This document shows positions 24,895 to 38,500 of a stretch of 64,000 nt of DNA, one piece after another; position 1 is the first letter of the stretch, and every line of letters starts with the position of its first letter. Below the pieces are notes generated by a model. That model saw nothing but the letters and a program-made list of their open reading frames with translations, was not told where the DNA came from and searched no databases. A program made the position numbers and the translations under genes. The DNA is taken from contig CAJNYD010000008.1 of NCBI GenBank assembly GCA_905331295.1, forward strand, positions 1 through 64,000, read 5' to 3'. This DNA comes from Rotaria socialis. Taxonomy: Eukaryota.

Positions 24895-26909
24895 TAGAAA
24901 ATATCGACGAAATCATATTGTATAAATTAATAATTCCTTTTATAAATACCTTTCTAAAACGATGACCTCCCCAGCCAGACTACTTTAGTTTGTTCCCGGT
25001 GGCTCTTCGGTACTCCGGAATAAGGAAGTCTCGTTGTTGACAGATCTCATTAAAATGTTGAATATTTCTATTAGCTTAAAATTAGATAATCTGTGTTATT
25101 CAATGTACGCATTATACACAAATATATGATGATACATTGTATTTTTATTTCAGCATAATTTTTTTAAATGTTTTAAGATAAGTTCAATAAACACTAGCTA
25201 AAAAATCAATAGTTTATTCATATTGAATAAGATGGAATGACCAACAACGAATAATCTACAAAAGATGCATTTTTTTCAAAATCTTGTCAAAAGCAGAAAA
25301 ATGTGATTCTTACAATTAACTTTGCTTTTTAGCTTTAATATTAGATGAATTAATATAATGATAAAGAATAATCAGTAAAAATACCAAAACATTTAAGATA
25401 TTTGCAAAAATAGCCAATTGCACGTCAGTAATCATGTCTATTGCTTAGAAGAAATCTTGTTTTAATTTATTATCTAAAATAACCATTTGAAAGAACATCT
25501 TCTAAACATTCATTCTATATAATCAACTTAATCTTTAAACCCGATTTTGACAAATCCACTCAACGCTTTCTTTTCATAAAAAGTAACAAAACCAAATAAT
25601 AAACGAGTTCATTTTAACAAGAGAAGAGAAGAGGATTTGTTTTTTCCTGATTGGTAGATATTCAACCAATGACATAGGGTGTCGCTTCAACTTCAAGTCA
25701 CACTGAATTTGATTCTCTCTATCGATAGACGAAGTACTTCTAAAGTTATGTTATATTCGTTCAGCCGACAAGTTCTTCAAAACAGAGCGACAAAAGTTCC
25801 AAGGATCGTTTTGATGAATTCAAAATAACCAATCCATGATGATATATTAATTTTAATGTGTTCCATTAAACACCATTTGATCACTTTTTATGAGTAATGT
25901 TAGCTAATATGCCATATGCCTATGTTTTTATCAATTTACATTTAATGAATGTGCTGAAAATATTTCAAAAACTTGTCTTACACATTAGATTATTCAGCCA
26001 AATGTCTTATTTTAGGTTTAGAGTCTGACATTCTACCTATCGTGTTAATAGAAAATTATGTTCTTCTTCTCTGTTGAAGATTTTCATGAAATCTCTTAAG
26101 TATAGTGACAATTTTTCTACTTCGTGTATGCGCGATAGCTAAAATAGGAAAAAAGGTCACCAGTGTAAGAAAAAGAAGAAAAAATATGATATTTCAGTTA
26201 TTGTAGTTGGAAATTAAGGCAGACCACAAAAATGAAAGGTACGCATAAACCAAATTATTTTTATAATAGCAAGATGTACAGAGAAATACGAGGCTGAAAA
26301 TTTTCTTACACACGTAACAAAACACTCCCATTATATATGCATGAAATTTCATTCCGGCGGCATGAAAATCCTGTTCTGGACTTGAGAGTATTTCTTATCA
26401 AAATATGTTTTTCGATCAAGAATGAAAAATATGTTACTTCATTATAACTCCTCTTCGATATTGAGCAATCGAATCTCAATATTAAAAAAATTTTATCGAA
26501 CAACGTTGGCGGTTTTATTATTATGACTTCACATAAAAAGATATGATCACACTCTTTTCTCGAAATGCACATCTGTAAATGCAAATTACAAAAAAAAACA
26601 GATACAAAAATAAGTTATACGTATATGAAAATTGCTGTAAAAATAAGAGAGAGAGAGAGAGAAAGAGAAAGAGACCTGCATTATGTACAAGAGGAGAGAA
26701 GCGAGACCAATATTTTGTTACTAATCATTAGCAAGTAGTCTTAATGGCGAAAGTAAAGATGAGAGAAGCAATAAAGATCGACTTGGTTGACTGATTCTCG
26801 GTAAATATGTATGGATATATAAATGAGTTCCGATTAATGTTATATACTACATACAATACTTCATCATTAGTACATCGTTAGCTGTATTTTCCTAAGAGCA
26901 ATATTCCAA

Positions 26910-28514
26910 ATGGCAACTAACGACGTTTTATTCAACGAAGCAGACGTTAACGGCGATGGATTCTTGTCCGAAAATGAATTTCGAAGTTTTTTATCACGAA
27001 ATTCTGGAGCGAATATCGATGTTGGTAATCTCTCTGTCGGTAGTGATTTTAATAATTCAAGAACTGGCAGTCCCCCCTATGGTTCATCAGCATATCGATC
27101 AACCATGTACGAAACAGGCACAAGCAGCAACAGTGTGAACGGTGATATCAACTATGCTGGAGGTGACTTCGTTGGTACGAATTATGGTTCATCAGCATAT
27201 CAATCATCTATTGGTGGCGAGGCAACAAATCTTAATCTTACAAATGTTGGCACAATTTCGGGTGGTGATGCAGCTTTATTTGGTGCTTCGTCTGCATCGC
27301 AATCATCGAGTGTTGTTCATCAATATGAAACTGATGCTCAAGGAAATTTCAAAGATTCAAATCCACAAGTTATACGACGTCCAGCACAAAATGGACCAAT
27401 AAATTATTCACAAAATATTAAAGTTCGATTTTTTCAACCACCAGCTCCTCCACCACCAGGCGTATGCCGCCATTTTCACATTATATCATTTTTATAACTT
27501 TGTTTTTTTTTGTTTCCGAATGATTTCAGCCATTGATCATCAAAGAAGTTCGTCCACCTCAACCACCGGCACCGGCACCACTTCGTATTCGTCAACAAGC
27601 TCCACCCCTACCTCAACAACCACCCATGATTCTACGTGAGCGACCACCACTCAAACCAGCGTCTGTTGCATCACAAACTGGTAGGAAAAACAGACAGATG
27701 AAGCTGAATTCCATTCATTGAATTTTTTATTTAGTTGTTCGAAATTTACCTCCAATTCCACTTCCACCACGATCAGTTGTTATCGAACGCATACCTCCTG
27801 CACCACCAAAACCACGTAAAATTTCTAATCTTGCTATTTAACATTCTTATAATGATTTTTTTTTGGAAATTAGGTGATATTATCATTGAACGTTGGCTTC
27901 CATATGGGCCAATGGCTCAAAGAAAAACGATTGTTCAGCGTGCTGAAGCCGCTAAAGCATATCAAAAACCACGCAATATTATCCTTCAATACGAGTCACC
28001 ACAAGTACGTGTGATTCGACAATTTCAACGTTTTGGTGTTACACTCGAAAATCCTGAAGAATACATTCGGCGTTATGGTGCAACACTTTTCGATACTCCT
28101 TCATTACTTCAACAAGTACGTGCAGCCGGTGTTGTTGAAGATATAGTAAGCTATTAAAATGTATAGCATCATACATCTCTCTCTCTCTCTCTCTGTTCAT
28201 ATGTTTATTAGTCGGTACCAGCTGTAGCAAATGCAAGTGCTGTCAGTACATCTGGATTTTCGTCTTCGTCATCGGCAGGTGGTCAAATTCTTGATACTAC
28301 TACTCTCAATGGACTTGAACTAGGCGGTGTTACTGGTGGTGGTGGTAGTGGTGGTGGTAGTAGCGCGTCATTCTATGAAACATCCTATTCCGGCGGTGGT
28401 AATGTCTCTGGAACAGACCGTGGTCTTGTTGGCATAAATAACCTTTTTAAAGCGGTTGATACTAATAACGACGGTGTTTTATCTCCGCTTGAATTTCACA
28501 ATGCTGGTTTTTAA
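26910..28514 (+). CDS. EF-hand / Gly-Ser / proline-rich protein A (5 exons)
   Basis: EF-hands DVNGDGFLSENEF (N-term) and DTNNDGVLSPLEF (C-term). The spliced core reads DSNPQVIRRP..IKVRFFQPPAPPPPGPLIIKEVRPPQPP..RSVVIERIPPAPPKPRDIIIERWLPY. Stop at 28512-28514. Confidence 0.85.
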
Positions 28515-29107
28515 TGAAAAATTCAAATAACTCTACGTTTTCTTCTAATTATATTATATTCATTAATAACTAGTGATATAGTCTTACAAGCCACTAACCC
28601 TATACCGAAACGCTTCGTTTTTTAATTTCGCAATTTTTTTCATATTATATATGTCTTTTACATATCGATATTAAACAAGGAATAAAATTTGTTTTCAAAA
28701 AACAAAATAAAAATCACATATACATCATGATCATAATCAGTATGGCCCCTTTTTTTTATTGAAGGAAATGAAAAAAAAAGGTGCAACACAAACTAATGTA
28801 ATATATTATCTTTACATGTATGTAGATGTACGATCAAGCAAAAAAATAGAGAAAAAAAATTCATGTGAGCGATATGATCAAAGAGAACACGGTAACGAAA
28901 ACAGGAAGAACATGAATCATATGACATAAAAAAAAACGAAGTTATACTAGCCCTTGTTCTTATAACAAGGTTATATGTGAATGCAAATTCTTTCTTTTTC
29001 TTTCTCTCCTTCAAATTCATCAAATCAGTCAATACTTGTTTTATAACAAAATAATTTATCTAAATTAAAAATAGATTTATCGTTCGATTATAAAATCATT
29101 GTAATCA

Positions 29108-30940
29108 TTATACATACTGAGATCGAGCATTAATGAATTGACGAAATTCATTAACATCAAGACTTCCATCTTTATTTAAGTCAGCATTTTTAAATGCAAT
29201 ATTAGTTAGATCCATATTGCTACCATTTGAAACATTGTATGTTTGATAGCCGCCTGATGTGTCGACATCACCAAATGTACTAACACCTTGCGTCGAAAAT
29301 GAAGCTGATTCGTACCCTGATGCTAAATCTCCAGTGCTACCGCCGTGACCTGATTCATAACCTGAAAAAGCAGCATCACCTTGTTGACCACCAAAATTTG
29401 ATGATTCAAATGATGATGATGAAACAGCACCACCAGCACCTCCTCCCACAGTTGTTTCAACACCTGCAGTTGTATTTGCAAACTCAGCATTGAACGACGA
29501 TGAACTTCCTGTTGCAGCGACATTTCCTGGCGGTGACTAAAACAAACAACAATTGATAATTCATAGGATGACAAATATGAATCTAGTGTTTCTTTTTTAA
29601 AATTTACAATATCTTCAATAACACCAGCAGCACGCGCTTGTTGAAGTAAAGAGTGCGCATCAATAAGCGATGCACCATAACGTTGAATATATTCTTGTGG
29701 ATTTTCGGGAGCAATACCAAGACGTTGAAATTGTCGAACAACACGTACTTGTGGTGCTTCGTATTGAATGATAATATTACGTGGTTTTGGATAGGGTTTA
29801 ACAGCTTCAGCACGTTGAACAATTGTTTTTCTTTGACTCATGGCTCCATAGGGAATCCAACGTTCAATGATAATATCGCCTAGTTTCGAAAAGTTTCATT
29901 AAATGAATTTAAAATAGCAAGATTAGAAATCTTACGTGGCTTTGGTGGAAGCGGTGGTAATCGTTCGATGATAACTGAACGTGGTGGAATAGGAAGAGCT
30001 GGTAATTTTCGAATAACTATACGAAAGAAAAACAATTTCATCAGTACAAACTTTATTGATCTATGATGTTTTACCAGTTTGAGCACCAACAGCAGCTGGA
30101 ATTGGAGGTGGGCGTTCGCGAAGTATCAGTGGTGGTGGTGTAGGCAGTGGTGGAGCTCGTTGACGTACCACCAATGGTGGTGGTGGTGGTGGTTGAGGTG
30201 GACGAACTTCTTTGATGATCAATGGCTGAAATCATTCCAAAAAAATTAGTGAAGTTATAAAAATGATGCAGTCGGGAAAACGCCCGCTTACGCCTGGTGG
30301 TGGAATAGGTGGAGGTTGAAGAAAACGAATCTTAACGTTCTGTGTATAAGTTACTTGGCCAGTTTGTGCTGGACGCCTGATAATTTGTGGATTAGGATCT
30401 TGAAAAAGTCCTTGAGGACTAGTAGCATATTGTTGAATTTGTTGTTGACTACTCGTTGCTTCAAATGTTGATGATGACGACGCTTCGGCAACTGCATTTG
30501 TTGCATCAGCCTCAGTTGTTGCAGTTGCATCAAATCCACCTGAAACACCGCCACCTGCTGGCGATGAGTAAGATGATTGTTCATAAGAACTATAACTTGC
30601 ATTACCACCGACTGCATTATTAGCTCCGGTAATGTTCGTCGTTGTTGCTACACTGCCACCATATCCAGCAGCATTGGCATTTAAATCGCCGTAGGCACCT
30701 GACGTCGATCCAGATTCGTAGGAACCTGTTGCATATTGACCTCCATCAACAACATTGTTAGCAAAAATCGCTCCTCCAAATCCTAGATTTTGAGCAAGAA
30801 GATTGCGAAATTCATTGAAATCAAGTCGTTGATCTTTATTAATATCTAGTTAGAAAGAAAACAAAAGAAATCGTTTTCTTTTTACGAAAAAAACGTGAGA
30901 AAAATTTGGTACCAGCTTGGTTAAATATTTCATCAGCCAT
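29108..30940 (-). CDS. EF-hand / Gly-Ser-Ala / proline-rich protein B (6 exons), paralog of A
   Basis: MADEIFNQA|DINKDQRLDFNEF; DPNPQIIRRP; the same Pro-rich core and core intron positions; C-terminal DLNKDGSLDVNEF. Confidence 0.85.
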
Positions 30941-31640
30941 AATGATACGAATGAATGACAATCTTGTAAGAAACACAAGCATGAAACTTACATCGTTGTC
31001 ATTTTAAATAGTTTCATTGAAATCAGTCAAGCAAACCAGATAGGGCAAGGACATACTCTTCTGCCTTCACCCTTAGATATGTACAAAGGTATTTCGATAA
31101 CAGTTCACGCCTCATATACATTTATCTCTCTCCCTTTCCTGCCTTCCTTTTCTTCTCTTTTTTCTTTCGTTCATATATCAAAACTATCATCGATGTGAAC
31201 ATTAAAAAAAAAAGATTTTCTTTTTTTCACTATCACAGTTCAATATTAGATCGGTTGACTCTTTTAATGCGACAAGCATCATTACGTACAATCAAACATT
31301 TGACACCGCGATCATGGACACAAAGATGAGAAATTATCAAAGAAGCATAAAGACGACACCGTCCTTTCGATTCGTTATAAAGCGAAACATCAATTTATTG
31401 CTTCTCCACGTCCATATTTCTAGCAGGGGTTTTCACGCTTATTATGCTGTCTATTTGCATAACTGCTTTTAAATGACACAATACCTTGTCGATACATAGA
31501 AATGAGTTAATCAATAATAAACGAATGCGTAACAGACGTCAAATTTGTAAAAAGAGAAGAAAACTAAAACTATCAATAAAGTCCAAGGTTTTAATATGAT
31601 ATTGTTAATCAAACGCTTATTTTATATCGTTAATTTCTTT

Positions 31641-31672
31641 TTCTTCTTCTTCTTCTTCTTCTTCTTCTTCTT
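31641..31672. repeat. (CTT)n microsatellite
   Basis: About 10 TTC units read directly. Confidence 0.9.
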
Positions 31673-34600
31673 TGACTTCATTTATAGTTGAACAAGGTTT
31701 CCAATTTGAGGATGCAATTATTTAACGATTTCATGGCAGAAATGAACGACGATTGTCTGACCAAATAGACGAGCATTTTCAATTAAAACTATTGATGATT
31801 GAACAAAACCTTCGTATTGTGAATATCATTGTCATACCTTAGAGAGAAGAACGTTTTTCTTCTTCATCTATTCATAATTATTTCGAGTAACAAAAACTAG
31901 ACAGCAATAAATCAACAGGCTAAAATTGATTAAATATTACGGAAAATAAAAGACAATGCTTCTTCCTTTGTTTTCTTCTCCTATTCAATCGATGTTGGTT
32001 TTTGTACTTATATTTAATCAAACACGGAAATTCGTACATAGAAAATGTTCTAATGAAGTCTCTTGACGCAATATTATTCGATGTAGCGATGTTGCGTCAT
32101 CAATTTTTTTCTTTCTTCCTTTCAATTGATGAATTTAGTCTTCACGCTTTTCTTTATTTTGATTTTTAAAACTGTATACAAATAATACTTGACATCAATT
32201 TTCAACAAATATGTTTTGTTTTCTAACGACGGAGAAAAGCTGTCGGAAAAGATTTCTATAAAAGAAAGCTAATAAAGAACAATTCAATAGGCCATCAATA
32301 GGTCTCAAGAACACACATCAACGTAGTGGTTTTTCTTTCTTGTCTGAGAACCGCCAATCATTACTTTAACTGTTACCATTATGAACCACACAGTACGATT
32401 TTTTAAAATTTTTTTTTTGTATCAATCACTAAAAATAAGTTTTATTACTGAATAAACGATTCGACAAAGAAAAGTGTTCACCACTTCTGTTTCTTTTCTA
32501 TTTACGTCTTCGACAAAATCATATTTCACAGTACGATCCTTAATCAGTGTTTGATTGTCTTCTATATTATTATACGTCTTCAAGAAATGAAATGATTGTT
32601 ATTATGAGAGTACTTCTTACAAACAAAAACTTATTTATCCGCTAACCCTAATATCATTGTCAATTGATTCTTGTAACCTCGGGTTATCGTCGTTATTTTT
32701 TAATAGTATATAACCTGTTGCCATTGATTTTATATTCATTCTATCATAAAAGCAAAATAATCATCATTGTTTAAGATGAGAAACCCGTGTTTTCTTTCTG
32801 TCTTTCTTTTTGTTGCTTTTACCTATTCTATTCTACACGTATGATGATCATGAGAAGAAGAAAATGTCCGTATAATTAACTCTGTATGCCATAGCATTCA
32901 CAATGTGTGTACATGAACGAGCACGAAGAACACATAGAGTTAATTTTTAATCGGAAACCAAACGAAGAATATTAGGTGTGTATGATGTGATTCAGACATG
33001 AAATAGATCTCGATTACTGCAAAAAGAGATGGAGAGAGACAGCGAGCACAAGGAAATATACGTGTAATCAGAGTTTTGTGTTTCTTTTTTTTTTCTTCCT
33101 TTCTAGATACCTGTTCAAGGCTCAAATAAACTTATATAATAATAATAATCATGATGGTGATGCGACGAAGTAAAGTAAGTGAAGCGTTCTATGCCAAGGT
33201 TGACCAAAACTAGAATTTCAAGTATTTCTTTCTTTCTAAATACTTTTCTTTCTAATTACAAAAACTAATCGTCTACTGAAACAAAACGTTATGAAACGCA
33301 ATTTTTCTTTTCTCTCTTAGCGTATATGTTTGTTTCATGTCTTTTTGTCAAATGATTCGAGCAAAGTCAAGAATTTCAATAATCTCCCATTTTACTGTTC
33401 ATTCATACGGTACTCAACATAGACAGATGTGTTTACTTCTTGCATGTCATTTGTCTTTATTAACAAGCACGCGACCGCTAACGATTTGTTTGCTTACTAT
33501 TCCGTACTCAAATGTTCAATGGAAATCGACTGAAATAAACAATAAATAGGTACTTGTTATAAAATATGAATTTTGTATTTGTCCAATTAGTGAGCTTATT
33601 TTTCCAATAGATATATCTATCAAGAGGAAACAAGTGTAAACGCTTTTCTGTTCTTTTTTTTTAATCAGAGTAACAGGTTTCCGATTAGTTGAATAAACAA
33701 TTACAATAGAGAAAATTCACCGATTCAATAATCGAGATTTTTATCTTTATTGACAATATACGTGTATATAGAAGAAGAAAAAACTAGATGGAAATGAAAT
33801 CAAAAAGAGGATACTCGACGTTTAATTAAAATGCTAAGTACTCTATGGATAGAAAATTGAATTTGTCTACATTGATCAGGAAAAAAGAAAAACGATCATC
33901 TATGAGGTAAATCGATTAGTCATTTCCCGGAAAAAAAATCTTTTTTGTCGTTCTCTTTTATCAGCTTGTCAAGCACCTGTCTGAAGATGACCTCATTTAT
34001 TCTATTGCTTATTTGCTTTGCCTCTTTTTTTGTTTTATCCCTAGCCGATGACTAGTCGCAATGAACGTGCTTATTCAGATCATCGGCTATTGTCTCACAA
34101 TGATTTATTCCCTTAGGAAAAGGAGAACGAGGGACGGAAGGAGGGAGGACGACGGACAGAGAGCAGGAGAACACAAAAAAAAAGAAATAGAAGCAAAAGA
34201 AAATCTCTTGAGCATTCGCATTGATCAAACTATTTGTACTTCAATCAATTGGCATTCTGTCTAATATAATTGTTTTTTTTTCGCAGGTAAGTGATATAGG
34301 TCTTAGAAAGAATTGATTACAGTAGGTTTCATATTTCCTATCGCTTAGTATTATTGATGACGATAATAAGTTTCGTAATCTTTCGAGAAAAAAAGCGACA
34401 CGTTCTATGAGCAACATATACTTCGTTTAGAAAAAAGAAAGATATTATAGGAATCTCATGATTTAATTAAGATTAGAATTTTCTTAAGTATTTCTTGTTC
34501 GATTTATGTTATGCATAATCCAAGTGCGCACATATATGTATCGAGCGATAATTGTTTTCTCACACGCAAGACAAGTCGTCTCAATTTGCTCTTTTCCCCC

Positions 34601-35549
34601 CGCTGTGTTGGAATGATTTATCTAACTATTGTTATCGACAAGCAGACGAATGGTAACAGATTAGCATCACTGCTACTGCTCAGTTGTCGATTTATTATTA
34701 TTCACCTTTCGATCTGTTTCTGGATTCAATCTGACAAATTGATGATTAGAATACTATCGATGATCCTGAACAGACATCATCAGTTACTGTACGATAAGAA
34801 AACAGCCGAGATCGATATGCTTGTGTTAGTAGCGTTCAAGAGAAGAAATAGTGAAGAATACATCATTTGATAATGTAACTTGACAACAATGATGAGTTCA
34901 CTGCCGGGGGAGACGAAAAGACAGCACACTAAAGGGAATTAGTCAATCATTCGATTAATCGTTTCTAGTGTATTTATATATATATATATATAAAGAATGA
35001 ACATGAATGGACAGCCGATAAAAATTGCTTCACGCGTCAGAGGTGATTATTATGTGTTTTGTTCTAGAACCAAACTATCATCTTCATATGTACAACATGT
35101 GGATGATTAGTAGCAAAGCTAAAGAAAGACCATTGATATTTTATATCTATTGATTGTTCCTCTTTTTTCTTTTGTTGTCTGTCTGACCCTCCTCTCATCA
35201 TTTTGAGGCATAAAGTGTATGTATCTTCTTTTGTCCCATTCTAACACGTTCATTTACTAAGCGACTCCTGCTGCGTTTTCTCTATCTTCACAAAACATAA
35301 AAGGCGCTAATGCAAAACTAACAAAAATAATCACCTATAGCGTTCTATGTTGTATTTTTAATTCAACTAAAATATACAGGCAAGTTTATTAAACAGAGAA
35401 TTTTATTTTAATTGTCGCATCGATAATGTTTTAACAGGCATAAGAAATGAAGATAATAATAACATCAAAAGATACATTTTTTTGTGTCTTATTTTAGATA
35501 ATTATTTCGAGTAATAGAACGACGACTATGCTGGTATCATTGTCGTCAC

Positions 35550-38500
35550 ATGTATACAATTGAATATCACCAACTATTTATTTTCATTTTCTTATTATTT
35601 TTTTATAAAATAAATATGATTAATAGTATCAATGATGATAATCATCGTTTTGAAATAATTCAACGTTTTGAACATGATGATGTTAATTTTCAATGTGATT
35701 TAATGGATGTCGCTTGGTGGAAGAGGCCAAATTTATTAGCAACGAGATTTAATGTTATTCTACCAAGGTTTCGTTCAAAAGTATCTTTAAAACTAACGAA
35801 TGATAATGAAAATTTACAAACTTTAACTATTCGCGAATTACGATCGAATGATTCGGGCGTTTATGAATGTGAAACACTTGGAGCTATTCGACAATTCAGT
35901 TTAATCGTTATGGGTAAGTTTCCTCTATTTTCATTCGTAATAATATTTATATCACTTGAAATTCTCTGCCAAGTGAAATACCGATAGTAATACGAGAGAA
36001 GGGAAAAAACGATAGATTATAAATATTTTCTCATAGCAACGAAAAATGACCCACATAGGGCTGAGGCATTTTTTAAATAGTTCGTCATAAAGAGTTAACA
36101 AAATGAATTTAAAAAATCTTCGATTAGATCTATGGTCACATTTCGCTATTTACAACTATCGTATTCAAAGTGGAATATAAAACGCCTTAATTACAACAAT
36201 ATCTTAAACTAGGCCTTAAGATTGAGTTTGTCAACTAAGGCCCGCGTTTGAACAAACAAAATCAATAGTTTGGCACATAGCGAATCCATTCAGGCTTTTG
36301 TTTTCGTTGACTATACTCGTAGTTCAATCAATGCTAAGAAAAATAAAATGAGGTCTCTGTCTGGTCGGATTATAGAGAGTTCTATTGATTTTTAGTAAAA
36401 GTATTTTTTTAAGGAGGATAGATTTTTAAATATTTTTGTCTGGTATAATCATGACGAATAGAACTCTCATCCATCAGTCTTTGCTTATGATTAATCAGCG
36501 ATTTTTTATGCAGTAAATTTCATTGTATCCTGAAATTTTTGAGGAGGTTTACAAAAACGTTTGTTCAATCTATGCTTTTTTGCTCAAAAAATGACTTCAA
36601 TAAACGCCTATTTATGAGACAATACAGTCATAAATAGTGATGAACTTATGTGCTTACTTCTTGACTTCGAATTATAGAGTAATCTTTATTGAAAAACTCA
36701 AAAAATTGCTATATTGATTAAGTAACATGGGTGTACTATACGGCTTTTCAACTTTTGTTTTAAGGGAATCTTCCATAAAAGTAACTTTATTCTTTGCCAT
36801 ACATTTTTAATAGTGAATGAATAATAAATATAATAAATACTATTTCCTACTTTTCTCTTAGAAATTCTTATAATAACATTCTATAAGCTTCAACGGCGAA
36901 AGCTCAACATCTTACCGTAGTGTAGATTATGATTTTGTTTCTTCATTAAGTTCAATGAAATCTATTTTTCATCTCCGGATGCAGTCAAGAGTCTTTTACA
37001 TAGTTATTTTTATCAATAAAAAGACTCTGGACTGAACCCGAAGATATATAGTTAACTAATGCCATGACTTGCTCTTTTTTCTAATATCTTTATATAAGTT
37101 CCGTATACGTTCTTCTCTATGGATTTCTGAAGCGACAAGTTAATCAAATAAACAAATTAATTTGACATCCGGACATACCATTTTGTTGATTTCGATCAAT
37201 ATGTCAGATTCTTAGAGTAGCGAATTTAGAGTGCTTTTGTGTTTAATATTATTACTATTGTTGTTGTCAACAAATTAAACCAAGACGTGAGTCATTCTAA
37301 CAATAGAATGTCGAGTTCCATCATTTTTTGTTTATTCTTTTCACATGTGTAAACGAAATTATTTTTATTAGGTAATTGTTAAAATTTTATTCTAAAATTA
37401 ACTCAACATCATTTCATCAGTCATAGATTTTTTCACATATCTTATTTAATATATTTATATATATATATATATATACAAACAATTCTTGTTCATATTAAAA
37501 ATGTGCAACTGTATATATGTGATTAATATAAAAAATGTTCGGTAAAAGGATGCATGCTGGTTCAGATATAAGAAGAAGTGTTAGGCAACTGAAGTCATTT
37601 ACATCAATATGATGGTAATAGAATGGGAAGGATGCGTGTTATACACTTTTCGGAAATAATTTCCGATTATTTTTCTTAACATATACGCATGTCTTTATGA
37701 TTGATAGCACATTAAGATAAATATACACCATGTTACATAAAGTGTTTGTGTGTGCGATTTTTGTACATGTCTAAGTTTCAGATTTGTTAAATTAATATCA
37801 ATCGATATAATTTGACTATTGTTATTATTGATTCATTAAATGAAATTGTATTTGCATAAATTCTTTTTGTTTCTTCACTCCTTTTGTCTATCGTTTGCTT
37901 CATTGCTCATTTATGTTAAATAATAGGATATGTCGGATTCACTATAGAATTTAATCATTGCTCATATTCACTCTGATTCTTTTCACACCAGACGAATCCT
38001 ATAGAACGATTACAACCGTATGTCCCAATAGATAATAATGAATGATGAATATGAATCTTCAGTCTTGCAACTATTGCGAACGTATGATTGTTTCCGGGCG
38101 TCTGGTTTCAGATACTCCGCTCTCCCCTCTCTATATAAGTATGCATCTAGTCATTTCCTTTCTCTCACTTTCACTTTACGTACTAGTATTGTACTAATCA
38201 ATTAATAGCAGCTATCGTTTTTATTCATTTTTTTTCTCTCCCTCTGTCCGCTTTTGTTTCTTTGGCATTCAATACATAGATCATAATTCTATATTTCCAT
38301 TTGTTAAATTTCTCTCCTATTGCTCATTATATATGTTATTCTATGGTATAGAGTAGATTCGTACTCGATTAGATACAAAATATCATTTTTTTCTCACACA
38401 GTTTTTCATTATTTATTGATTATAATACTTTCATAGATATTTTCTAATCGAAATATATTTTCTTTTTTCCACTCTCCTTTAGTTCGACTCACAACTGTTG

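Noticed and set aside
31000..35500. Short ORFs in the long intergenic region
   Set aside because: Low-complexity AT-rich translations without domain signatures; more likely regulatory or 5'UTR sequence of the Ig gene.
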